From Tilletiaria anomala UBC 951 (Eukaryota): a stretch of DNA of 64,000 nt. Position 1 is the first letter of the stretch, and each line of letters opens with the position of its first letter. The notes under the pieces were generated by a model, which did no database searches, was not told where the DNA came from, and saw only the letters and a program-made list of their open reading frames with translations. The stretch covers positions 248,001-312,000 of the forward strand of contig NW_013547020.1 in NCBI RefSeq assembly GCF_000711695.1, given 5' to 3'. A program made the translations under genes and the position numbers. Positions 12,054 through 23,937 of the stretch are shown here, piece by piece.

Positions 12054-13421
12054 TCACCCCATGAGCATGCTAACGTCCTCCGGTGGATACTGACCACGCA
12101 CAAAGCACGATCGTGAATATGACAGGAACGATGCAGAGTCCAGCACAAGGAAGAACGTTGAGCTCACCTTTGTCTGGGCGAACGTCATGAGACGTTTCAA
12201 ACTCTGAATATACTTGCGTGTCTCCTCATCGTTGAGCACATGCGCGATTTTGGAGCTGAAGATCTTTTCTCGTCCCGAGCGCGCGTGGATGCCGACCGAG
12301 GTGGCGCCGATTGGCCAAGGGGCGTTTCCGATGCTGAGCTGCAAATACGAGTCGTTGGCTTTGCGGTACTCGCGTTTTTGCATGTAATGCACAATTTCAG
12401 CTATCCGAATAAGCATGTCAGACGGTAGGTCCCGATGGCGCAACTGTTTGAACAGCGGCTTGAGGTAGCTCGCAGTCTGCACCTGGGTCGCTGCTGCGAG
12501 CTTTCCTTGTGTTGATCGCCGCACTTCGTCTGTGATGCCCAAATGTGCGTCAGTAGCGGATCGGTGTAACGACAAAAAGTTTCCCTTTGCACGACTCACC
12601 AGGGCGTTTTGCGAGATACTCTTCCCAGTCCTTCAGAAGCCCTTTGAGCGTGTAATAGATGATCGGATGCACCTTGGACTCGTCTGTACGAATGAGGTTC
12701 AGATCCAACAAGCTATCCATGCCAACTCCCTCTCGTCCTTTGCCTTTGTCCTCGTTGTCTGCCTGCGGAACGGCATCTTTCGCTTCTTGCTGCTCCTCCT
12801 TGCCCTTGTCGCTAGCATGCATCCTTTCGATTGCGTTCTTCGCTTCGCTGCTTTCGGCACCTTGCAAGGCTTTCATAAAGTCATTCTGCCCGACCTTGGC
12901 GCCGCGCTCCTCGATGAGCTCCAGCGCCCGAACGCGCAAGCGGCGCTCCTTGTCGCTCTCGCCAAATAGTCGGATCGGCTCGCCGCGAGCACGAAGACGG
13001 CGTACAGCTTCTTCGGGGGATATGTTGAAGCTCTCCTTTTTTGCATCTTTCACTGCAATATCAGCGGAATCCCTTGACACTGAACCACCCTCGCCTGTTC
13101 GTTCTGGCGTCTAGTGGTGCGAGCGAGGACAGTGAAGGTCAATGAAAGTAACGCGACAGCGCGCTCGTCCAGCTGGAGAAAGCGCACCTTGCTCTTTGAC
13201 CGATGCTCTTTTCCCTGCCTTTTCAGCCTTTCTGCTGCTGCTTTTGCCTTGGCCTTCTCCTCTTGCTCCCTCTTGTACTCCTCCTCCTGCTGTTTGAGTA
13301 GATCGCCACGTCGCGTCCATTTCTTGTAGACAGGCTCAGCGCTCCCGCTGCCTCCTTCAGCGGGGGGCGGCGCTTCCTTGGCCTTGCGTTTGGCAGCCAG
13401 CTCGGCTTTGAGGGCATCCAT
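12054..13421 (-). CDS. PRP18: Pre-mRNA splicing factor Prp18
   Basis: Introns 13111-13187, 12530-12599, 12090-12167. PRP4-like motif [16 protein letters not shown] and Prp18 motifs [35 protein letters not shown]. Confidence 0.95.
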
Positions 13422-13760
13422 GACTGCTAGCTACTGCATCCGGAAGTTGCGTTGTGCACTCTCGGTGACGGTAGAGCCGCTGCTGAAGCCCACTCTCAAT
13501 GAGCTCCATCCATAGGAAGGCACGATGATGGATTTCGACACGGTAAGGCGGAACGACAGTGCTTGACTTGGTGCGGCAGGCGGCGAGGAAAAGCGACAGG
13601 AGCGGGCATCTCATCACCCTTCAGCCGACCCATTGGCTATGCCCAGGCTGCCAACCAACTGAAGCAAGGCTTCTTCTCATCGTGAGCATCATCATCCATC
13701 TGCACCTTCACCGGCCCCACAGCATCAGTGGTCAACAAGCATCACATAGACTCGCCCATT

Positions 13761-14799
13761 ATGTCTGAAGAATCAGGAGCAAAGTTCACCCTGCAGAGTG
13801 AGTCCGCGACCTCGAGCCAAAGGCAAGCGCCACCTTCGCGCGCCGTTGCTGAGGAGCGCCGGGCGAATGAGATAGATACCCTCGTTCGGGCACCCCTTTC
13901 GACTTGATCTGACCTTCTGACCCTTGGGCACGGGCGTTCACTTTGAACCTTGCAGCCGCATCGTTTGATGCTCGGTTCCCCAACCAGGTGAATATATTGA
14001 GAGATCATGCCGGTCGAATGGTTAAGCTCTTGCACTGACCCCCCCCCCAAACTTCGTACCAGAACCAAACCAAGCACTGGTAAGGATGGTGCTCGATTTT
14101 GTCTCTTTGAGAAGACTTTCTCACATGCTTAATTGCCTATGCTCGGCCATCTCGCGATGCTGTAGCTGGCAAAAGTGAGTGCTTTTCGCGGTCAATTATC
14201 TTGTTCGTGCGATGCGGCAACTAACGCCAAGGGTATGTTCGCAGCTACGTCGACTACTACAAGTGCATCAACGCCAAGGGCGAGGAGTTCACCCCCTGCA
14301 AGCAGTTCTTCAGAACGTACCACTCGTTGTGCCCGAGTGAGTATCTGTTCGCATGCACGCAAAATGCACTTCATATGATAAGGTTTACGAATCCGACACT
14401 GACCATGAATTGCCTAAACTTGGCAACCTGCCCTTCAGACGAATGGGTAAGTTATGACACACTTGAGCCAACCCTTACTCCGTTTATGACGGCGGGACAC
14501 GCCGGCGCTTTCCCGCGCTCGAGTCAAGCGGTTTTGTAGGGCGAGGTGGCGGATGCCCGTACGAGTGAAGTTCAGGGTCCACAGGCACAGGACAAAATCG
14601 CCGCTCTAGCTGGGTTGATGAATGGATAGGCGAGCAGATCGATAGGAGGAGATGATCACACCCATTCACTATACCTTGTTCGTCACCATTCTTAGGTATG
14701 CTGACCACGATTACCCGTACCCGTCAATGATTTTCGCAGATCGCAAAATGGGACGAACAGCGCGAGAACGGCACCTTCCCAGCTTCGCTTGACCCGTAA
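13761..14799 (+). CDS. COX12: Cytochrome c oxidase subunit VIb
   Basis: Seven exons: 13761-13797, 13956-13987, 14063-14079, 14166-14174, 14245-14336, 14439-14446, 14740-14799. They splice to MSEESGAKFTLQTASFDARFPNQNQTKHCWQNYVDYYKCINAKGEEFTPCKQFFRTYHSLCPNEWIAKWDEQRENGTFPASLDP (CX9C/CX10C pattern). Confidence 0.95.
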
Positions 14800-15080
14800 T
14801 ATCAGACTGCCTTACCAAAGCGCGCACAACAAGCCAAGCTGTAAGAATTAGCATCGCAACAAGTTACGTCGCACCTTACCGGCGATAGTCACGATGGCTT
14901 TTGCCCGAGCCAGCGTTGCGGAATTGAATAGCCTTGGTCCTTGGAGCAGCTCAGATGCCGGACCCGCGACATGGTATCATATTTCCCCTGTCCCCAGTTG
15001 CTGCAGAGGGCGAACACCCGAAACGTGTTCATCTAATTTGCTCCTCCAATCTAGCTTTATGGTGTATATGCGGGACAGAC

Positions 15081-16175
15081 TTAGGCGCCATCTACCCTGA
15101 AACGCTCGCTGTCTTCGATGAACGTCTTCACTTTGAGGTCTTTCTGATCTGGGTATCCGAAGACCAGCTCGGCTTGAACGATCCAGCCGGAGGGCACTGC
15201 CCATTCGTGAGGCGGAAGGAAGGGGGAAGAAAAGCACGGTGCAGAGCAACGGAGAGGGGGGCGCTGACTGTCAGCGCATACAAAGTTTACCTGCTTTCCT
15301 GGAGAGTGCGGTGGTACTCACCCTTGAGGGCAGCATTGAACATTGGCTTGAACCCTTCGCCGGCCATGGCTAGTGCAGCAAATGGGAGAAAATGGTGGTG
15401 TCAGATTTAATTCTCGCCCCACACATCTTCCTCCAAATCGTTGAAGTCTCACGGGCGACTGTTTGATCGTGATATGTGAGCACGAAAACTGGGATGTCAG
15501 TCAGATGAAAGGGACAACGGTACGAGATCGACCATGGACGCACCATGCTGCAGGTTCACGCCGTATCCTTCGGCCTCCAGGGCGGTCCAGAGGTTAATTT
15601 GAGCCATACCGCTAGCTTGGTTACTCCACTATTAAAAAGGCAAGCAGCACCAGATTTGCAAGTCACCATTCTGCAGAACGTGGGTGGCATAATGAGGGGC
15701 AAGCGCATCTTGGGGAACGATCACGTACATCGTCCCAAAGGTGAGAGAATGCGGAAGCACCGCCGCGGTATTCGTCGATGACCTTCTTGTCTTCAAAGAA
15801 AATGACTGTTCCCTGCGCCGCAGCGAACCATGGAAGACGCTTCTGGACTGCCTTGAGCTGGTTCTCGCCGAGGTTTTGGGGGACAAACTCGTTCCAGTAG
15901 TTCTTGTGCGCTTTGCCCAGCAGGATGATGGCGCGCGAAGACTGGCTATTGAATGCGCTTGGAGAGTACTTGATGGTGTCCTTGATCAGTCTGCATTTCG
16001 GTTCGCGAACGGAGACGGCGTCAGTACGATTTACCGCCTAAAGAGGGAGCACACTATGGCCAGCGACAGAGACTGGCGTGATCAGCTCATCTTGGCCAAG
16101 GATTTCCTTGTCTGTGTTCTGGTGAATGCTGCGACGCGCCTTGACACCATCAAGGAATGCCTGGCTGGTAGCCAT
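15081..16175 (-). CDS. Nitroreductase-family protein (Frm2/Hbn1-like)
   Basis: Exons 16175-16078, 15990-15729, 15628-15544, 15369-15322, 15196-15081. Motifs ARRSI, PSAFNSQSSRA, GTVIFFED, SGMAQINLWTALEAEGYGVNLQH, VPSGWIVQAELVFG. Confidence 0.9.
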
Positions 16176-17521
16176 GTCGCTGGTTGTATTTGGAGGTCCA
16201 AGGCAAAAGATGGCGAGGAGCAGAAGCAGGAGCGGCAGGAACACAAAAATATCAACAGTCTTGATTATCTTTGTGATGGGATCAGAATACATGCGTCCAC
16301 TGAATGCCTTTTCTTCATATCGCTTTCCCAGGCTTTCTCATCGGGCTTCGGTCCTTCACCAGAGGCAGGATGGTCAGCCGAGTATGTCAATTATCTCATC
16401 AGACAGTCTGTCATCAGAGGTTCACGACTCCGCGCGATAGCTATTACCTGCAATAAGTACACTTGTGGCAAATGATGGCACACGATCCAACCACACAGTG
16501 CAAATTGCACCACATCAAAAAGAGACTTCTCGGAGGAGGGAGGCCTTTGAATTGACTTTTGCGGGGTGGCCGTCTGATCGTGCGCTCGGTGCTACCACTT
16601 GCACCATGGCGTGGTTGAGGCGTCAAGGAGAGCCGAGATCCGAGATATATATGAATCTGTCTGTACTCTTGTGGTTGGAGTCTGGTGCTTGGGCTTGTTG
16701 TGTCCGTCGGCGCTCCCATTAGACCAATGCGTAAAGGTGCAGAGTTACTCAACGAAGGTTGGGAGGGATACTGGTTATATTCAGATAAGTCTGGGGAGCA
16801 TATGCGTACATATAGGATGCTTAAGTGCTCTTTTCCGTCTTTCACAAATGGCTAATGCGCGTATGTTTCACCAGTGTTACTCTCGACATCGATAGGACAG
16901 GACTGGCGCACAGCGCTTATAGCCGCCTCGGCTTTAATTATCTGTCACCCAAGGACGAGCAGGCGAGCATAACGCACAAGGACCTCTGGAATTCGCATCG
17001 AGCATACACGTATGTAGAGTGAACGCTCCAGGTGCATCAAACAATCGGCAAAATGTTGCGACCACATCTCGACCTGAGAAAGCAAAGCGCTGTGGATGAA
17101 GGGTTGAGAAGGGACGATCGCCAAGGGTTGTGGACTGCGAAGTTCGGTAGCATGAATCTGTTCATGAAAGGAACAGAGATACTTTTCCGTTTCTGCAATA
17201 ACCCTAACAAAACCCTCGACTTCCTCCAGGCTTCTAACCCTAGTACAGGTTGAATCATCAATGCAATGCAACGCATGTATGCATGGCATTGGCTCGATGT
17301 GTCAGCCTCGCGGCTCGCGACCATCACATTCTCCAGCGCGGTTGAACTTGTTGGACCTAGTCCGTGACCTGGCACACAATGAGGTAGCTGCCTATGTGCT
17401 CGGCGCTGCTTTTTCCACGCCATTATTTATTGTTGGCCGTAGCTATGGGCAGAGCGGAGTCCGGACAGAGAAGTAGCCGCGCGTGTAAATTTCATTGCGA
17501 GGAGCTGCAGCCTCGAGAAAG

Positions 17522-18526
17522 ATGGACAAGATGTCTGCTTCGGCAGCAATTCCGAATACAGCGTCCACGAGCGCGTCAAAAGGGCAGCTCTTTGAGATCC
17601 GAGACACGCCAGGAAAAGGCAAGGGAGGCTTCGCACTCGTCGAGTTTGCGCCTGGAGACCTGATCATGAGCGAGCGCCCCTTTTTCACCTACTCTACTGG
17701 CCTGTCGAGAGGAGCAATCATCGCAGCGGTCAATAGGTTGCCGACTTCGAAGCGGCGCTTGTACGATTCTTTCAGCAAGAGTATCGGGCTGAGCACGGAA
17801 GGCATCGCGCTTACGAACTCGCTCCCCATGCCGGAACAAGGCAAGGTCGGTATGTTCGAAAACATCTGTCGCTTGAATCACGCGTGCCAGCCGAATGCGC
17901 AATACTTTTGGAACGATGCAGAGCAACGCGAAGGTGCGCAACGTCGCAGAGGGTCGTTCGCCGGCGTTGCTAATAGCTCCTTTTGACTTGCAGTATGTCA
18001 CTGTATCCGCCCCATCCCTTCGGGCTCAGAAATCCTAGTCTCATACACGACAACCATCGATAGCCGCAGCAGACGCGCCGAGCTGAAGGAGGAATTCGGA
18101 TTCGCTTGTCTGTGCGGGCTCTGTGGCATGCCGGCGCAGCAGCTCAGCGCCTCGGACGCGTCGTGGTCAGAATTGTCCGACATTTTCAATAGTGTGGTGG
18201 AGGTTGACAGCGACGCGGACAATGAGGTGTCTGACGACGATAACTCGCCGGCACAGACTATGCGGCTAGTGCAACGCGCACTCCAGATTATCGAAGAAGA
18301 GCAAGCGCCGCGATCCCTCGTGCCACGACTGTGTTACGCTGCATTCAAGGCCTGCGCTGCCTGCTCAGACGAAAAGAACGCGAGGGTATGGGCTGCACGG
18401 GCACAGGAAGGCTATCGGATCACCAAGGGCGAGATGAGTGCCACGAGGAGGATGAGAGAGCTGCACGAAGAGCCCAGGCGCTGGCGAAGATTCGGTACCC
18501 GGCAAAAGGAAATCCTTACCAGCTAA
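17522..18526 (+). CDS. SET-domain lysine methyltransferase (SMYD/Set5-like fungal type)
   Basis: Intron 17934-17993. Motifs GKGKGGFA...GDLIMSERP, RLNHACQPN, EILVSY, post-SET FACLCGLC, helical C-terminus. Confidence 0.88.
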
Positions 18527-19099
18527 TAAGAGCGCAATTGTATTTGCAGCACTTGGATGAAGCTCTTGCATGAGAGCCCGAGACTGCAAGTATCCTGGGA
18601 CAAGTCGGCTACGTCATCGTCCCAAAAGATGTTTTCTGGCCCTATTGCGCGTGGAATCGACACCGACTGATCTAGGTGTGAATTTACATCAAAAGGCGCC
18701 CTGATGGCTGATCTCTGATACCGGGTATCCCTCCTCTATTTCGCACAGATATTTTACCTATTGCCTCTTCCTCTGAGATTGACCCGGCTTTTGTGGCTCG
18801 ATACTTCGCATGCTTTCGCCCGGCCGCGGCGCAACTGTCCAACCCTGCGTTGTCTGAGCGTGTGATTGTATGGTTGGTTACAAAGATGAACGAGAGATAC
18901 TGTCTCATCCAGCATGCTCTAGGGGACGTGCACGGGCCGCTGCGTCGCTCTAGAAGATCAACCAGCAAACTCTGGCCCAAGAAGTCTTTCGGCGCAAATT
19001 TAATTGACGATACAGACGGTCTTCAACTGTTCAGAACACATTCAGTACCCAGCTCCCTCGATCTCTTCAAGTGAAAGTACGACGATACAATTCACCACG

Positions 19100-19990
19100 A
19101 TGGCTAGCTTACCTGCTACTTTTCGCTCGCAACCCTCGTCCCAAGGCGGATGGGCTCATCCATGACAGAACTGGAACGGGCCAGAGAGTCTTTGCTACCA
19201 AATACTTCTCCACAGAAGGTCTCATCGTCAGGGAGACACCGTTTGTTGACTTTCCAGCAGCCTCGACCCCAGCTTCCATACTCGCTTACGTACGCCACCT
19301 TATACCCGCTCAACGACGCCTGTATTTGTCATTCGGAAAGCAAGGTGCAGGTATCGAGGACATTGCGCTGATTAATAGTATCCCTATGGCGGCGGCCTTT
19401 GTGGTTGGTCTATTCAACCCTATTTTAGATCAATCACAGCTGCGTTCCCAATGCACTGTTGTACTCTTGGGATTGAGAGCTGGGTCGCGAAGATGCGCTT
19501 ACATGTGGGATTCCCTAAATGCTAATCTGGCGCTGGCTATCTTCGAAGTCTGTCATTGCATGCGGCCGATCGTAGCGAAGTCAGAAATCTTCGCATCCTA
19601 CAGCGTTCAATTAAATTCGAGGCCGCAAAGTAGAGCTGTGCGCAAGCCATGGGTTCACCTACTCTTGTGCAGTGTGCAATTTGCTGTCGTCGCAGCTAAA
19701 TGAATCGGATGCACAATCACATGGACTGAGCCTGATCGTGGGTCCAATTATGAGAATCCTAACGCAGGATCCGCGATACTTGCTTTAACTCGTCCAGAAG
19801 GTGCATCCAACTAGTCGAGACGCTCCAGACAGGCGTCTTCCACGGTGCATCCCTGTGCTACGGCGCCTTTCAAGTCAGTGCCGCCTATTGAGACGTGGAA
19901 AGTACGAAAGTCTGGGCGGAATGGGTTGAGGAAGAATATACAGCATCTGCAGAGGGTTAAACTGCGCAGATGCAAGAAAAGTGAGATGCT
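19100..19990 (+). pseudogene. Degenerate tandem paralog of the adjacent SET gene
   Basis: Collinear remnants GTGQRVFA..ETPF, RRLYLSF, INHSCVPNA (frameshifted), VCHCMRPI..EIFASY, GFTYSCAVC, LCYGAFQVSAAY*D..VWAE. Frameshifts, stops, and intron donor changed to ATGCGC at 19493. Boundaries approximate. Confidence 0.82.
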
Positions 19991-20269
19991 TTGCAACTGA
20001 TCCGCGTAAAAATCAGACGTTTAGCACACTGCGCAGGCAGACGTTGCGGTCTTGAGGAGCGCGGCCTCGCAATGCGGTATAGAAGATGGCGACAGAGGGC
20101 GACGAGCCTCTGTGGTGAGAGCCGGGACGACCCGTGATTCAGTCGTGATATGCAATCATATCCTTTCCATCGCTCCCACCCTTGCTGGGTAAACAATATA
20201 TTCAACATTGCAATTGAAGTATGCCGCATGAATCGAATTGCATGAATCATACTCTTTTGTAATATATGT

Positions 20270-23200
20270 TTAATCGTCAAATTGTATTGACGAACCCTTC
20301 CACTTCCCCCACTGAGGTTGTTGCTGCTCTTGAGCAGATGAAGCTTGCTGCTGAGCCCCGGCGCCTGTCTTCTGGTCCTGCCCTTTCCGTTGTGAGCTCC
20401 GCGTTCTTGTGGCTGAACCTTCACCTGAAGCCGATGCGGGCTGGGCTCCTCGGTTGTTTGCACCGGCGCGGGATGACAGAGAGGTTCCAGCCTGTGTCAC
20501 CACGAAGCAACAAACAGTCAGTAGAGCGCGCCTCTGAGATTCCAATCCCAACACTCACAAAGCTGACCGTCAGTTGTGCGACATCGAATTGGCGCGCGTG
20601 ATGCCACTCCTTTAGACTTTGTCTAAAATCATTCAGCAGCTTGGCCAAGGAATTATAGAACTGAAGGGTGCTGTATGTCAGCCTTGGTGAGTTACCGCAG
20701 TGACCATTCTACACCTTACATTCAATCCCTCCACGAGGTTGCTGGACAGCTCTTTGTATTTGGCATGCGCAAGGTCGAGATTCTGCAGGGCTTTTTCGCG
20801 CCGTTTCGTGCTTGTATCAACGCTTCGAGATGTGTTGAAGTCATTGTTGAGTTGCTGTGAGCCAAAAGGAGCAAGTCAGCTATGATCACGAGCCTTCCGT
20901 GTCATTCAAATCCCTACCGTGATCTCCTCCAGCTTCTTCTCCTGGGCTGCTGCGCTGTGATTGATCTCCTTCAAGTATTTGTCGTACTTGCGTATCTCTT
21001 GATGGAATAGCGATTCGAAGTGTGATGTCTGCACGACGAGCGAGGTGACTCCGGAAGACGACGTTGCGGTTAGCTTAGCTGCTTCTTTCATCGCCAGAGA
21101 CCGAATATCATCGGAGCGTCCGAGTGCTTTCGCCTCAGCTACTGCTGCAGCGCGAGAGTCTCGTAAATCGTCCAATTCCTCTAAAGCAGCTCGGAGTGAT
21201 TGAGCCACTGGATTCTGAGCACTTGAGCTGGCGCTCGACGACGCTTTCGGTATGAAAGCATCAAGGGCAGCCTAGGTCACAGATGTGTTGGTCAATACTT
21301 GTTTGCTTTGCATTTCTTTTCCTGACTCACTTCACCACTGGAAAGCACGTCTATCGTGTCGGCCCAGTCGGCAAGCTTTTCTTTGACGATCCCATCACTC
21401 TTCTGAGCTTGCTCAAGAGTGTACTGAAATTGTGTAATGTGGCTCCGATACTGCTGTGCCGCCTCTTCACTAGCTGGCCGAGTCCATGGCCTGCCGGCAA
21501 CGCTCCTTCGCACCTTTTCATCTTCAACAGCCTCCTGGTCCAGAATGGCAACTGAATCCTCCAAGATTCCCACGTCTGCGTTGGCGATTTTTGACACGTC
21601 GTTGATAAGGCGTTGCAGCTTGCTGACTCCTCCATCAAGGCGGATCTCTTCTCCTTTTCGAAGCAATGAAGGCGGGATAGGAAGATTCTGGTCCTGCGCT
21701 TGGAGGGCGCCAGGTAGACCGAGCGACTGGAGGGAGCTGCTCGCCACTGCGTCGAGGTCTATCTGTCGAGATGTAAGTTCTTCCCGGATCAATGTTTCTT
21801 TGCGGTCTTCGTAAATACTGATGGCTACGTGCACCCCATATGGGACGAGAGCTTGGAACAGTGGGACCCCATATGCAGGAGATGGTGAAATGCGAAGAAA
21901 CGTGAATGGGTCTTCTACCTCTTTCGGTAATACGCTCTTGACCATCAATGCCGGCGCGATCTTCGACAGATTGGCCACGGTTGTCACAGGCTGCAAGTAG
22001 ATCAGATCGTTATCTTTCGTCGCTCGGGAAAGATTTGCCACTATTGTCCCATGAAGCGACCTCAGATCCGACACGATTGTGTCAGAAACATTGCGTTTCG
22101 AGGCGTCGAGTGCCTTCTTGACATCGACTTCTGCTGCTTGAAGACGGCCAAGTTCATCTCCGTATCTATTTAAGCCTCAGACGGGCTTGTCAGTGAATAT
22201 CTGCAATCAATCGGGAGTTCCGGCGCACCTGTTGCTCTCCATGTCATCTCGGCTTTTCCTATATTGTGCCGCCGCCCTAAAGTGAAGCCTTTTGACAGTC
22301 AAATGAGATACCCAGTCCTGAAAGAGACGCAAGGGGAGATGAGCAAGCAATTGGGTGCGCTGTGGAAGCATGCTACTCACCCGAGGAAGATCGCACCTTG
22401 CTTGCTCGTCAGTTTTCATTGACATTGACGGGCCTGAGCGCTCCGTTACTGCCAGGGCTGCCTCGTACAGCGCGGAGACCTGCATTGACAACTTAGCAAT
22501 CGTCGCGTTTTTGAGGCCATCTGCGACGGACAAGAGGACTCAGTGATGGAATTTTTAAGTGGCCGAAGGTGTGTAGACTCACCCATGACGGATTGTTGCC
22601 AGAAACATTCTTGTGCCTGAGCGAGCATCAGTTGCTCCAAAGCTTCGAGCATTGCCGGAGTTAGGTCCGGACAGGGCGGGACCAGATGCTCGATTTGAGG
22701 GCAAATCTTGGTTCGTATGTGACACAGAAGACCAGCAGCAGTCTGAAAGACTTTGGGATTTTAGCAGGCATGCATCTAGTCTGATTACCGAAACGAAATG
22801 TACCTGAAAGTAGCCAATGCATCGTTTGATACTATCTTTGTCACTCCGGGACTCGCTCGCGCCTAGACTCGAATTCAGCGCAGCCAAAGAGAAGAGAAGG
22901 TTTGCGCACTCGAAGTTCAAGTCCGGATGAGAGACAATGGTATTACTTGCCGAGGACGAAGATGGGGGCGTACCGTCGTCATCGTTAAATGCCGCTGGGA
23001 AGGACGTCCAGAGGGGCATGGACGGCGAAAATGAGAGCGTCCATGAAAAGGCAATGTTGATCTGGAAGGAATTGGTACGGGTGAGCACTTTGTAAGCAAG
23101 CCTCATGATGTCCATGAACGCACATTCGTGGGGAACTTCGTCTGGAAGAAACGTAGTTGTGAGTGATATCTACATGCTCGGAAGATGGTGAGCAGCGACG

Positions 23201-23437
23201 GGATGACGTGAAGCACCGTTTTTTTCCTCACCTCAATGCCAGATCCAGGCAGCTTCTGTGTGTTTCTAGCTTGTAGCATTCATCTCGAAACCTGACAAAA
23301 GTTGCAATATCCTCCGCGAATGCATCGGGGTGGGTGTCGGTGTAGTGTTCCGCAATGTGATTCTTGATGGCCTCGACGAGATGGGACGATACTGGGTGCG
23401 AATACTTGAGGGGCAGCGCAAGTATGTTTGCAGTCAT
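20270..23437 (-). CDS. RIM20: pH-response regulator PalA/Rim20 (BRO1 + ALIX V domain)
   Basis: Multi-exon. MTANILALPLK..HPDAFAEDI, FECANLLFSLAAL, LMLAQAQECFWQ, ATKDNDLIYLQPV, LFQALVPYGVHVAISIYEDRK, LQSLGLPGALQA; ends WKGSSIQFDD. Confidence 0.9.
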
Positions 23438-23937
23438 TGTGTCTTCCTCTGCTGGGACCTGTGCTGAACGCCCGCAATGTCGGCAGCAAGCTCGAGTGGA
23501 ATGAAGAAATTGATGAAATGCGAATGTGTTGGAAATGACGTCGACTGAACGATGTGGAGTGTGCCAGATGCCAGTCGACGCGCTGATAGATTTGTGCGAC
23601 TTCATAATTCTACCACTCTATTGTGGCGTTATGCGTACCTGTTGATCTCATACATCATTTCGACGGACTCGCCCTGTGCCTTTGTCTTCCCTCATTCTTC
23701 GATGGTTTCAGAATGCTTTCAGCTCGTGCTTGATTGGTTGAACCAGTGTTGTCGGCCATACTCTCGCAAAAATAAAGGTGCAAGGCAAGAGGATCGCGTG
23801 AGCGTGCGCACATTCATAACCGCAAGGCGAATGAATTACGTTTGAGGTCCCACGTTGCACATCTATCTATTCTTGCAACGGGATGTGATAAAAATACAGT
23901 CTCATTCCATTTATGACGTGCTCCCTGCAATTGCAAG

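Noticed and set aside
14691..14701. TAG|GTATGC possible recursive splice site in the COX12 intron
   Set aside because: The GT overlaps the likely branch point (GCTGAC), leaving no workable second intron.
15741..16475. 244-aa + strand ORF
   Set aside because: Antisense to the nitroreductase exons and promoter; no recognisable protein features.
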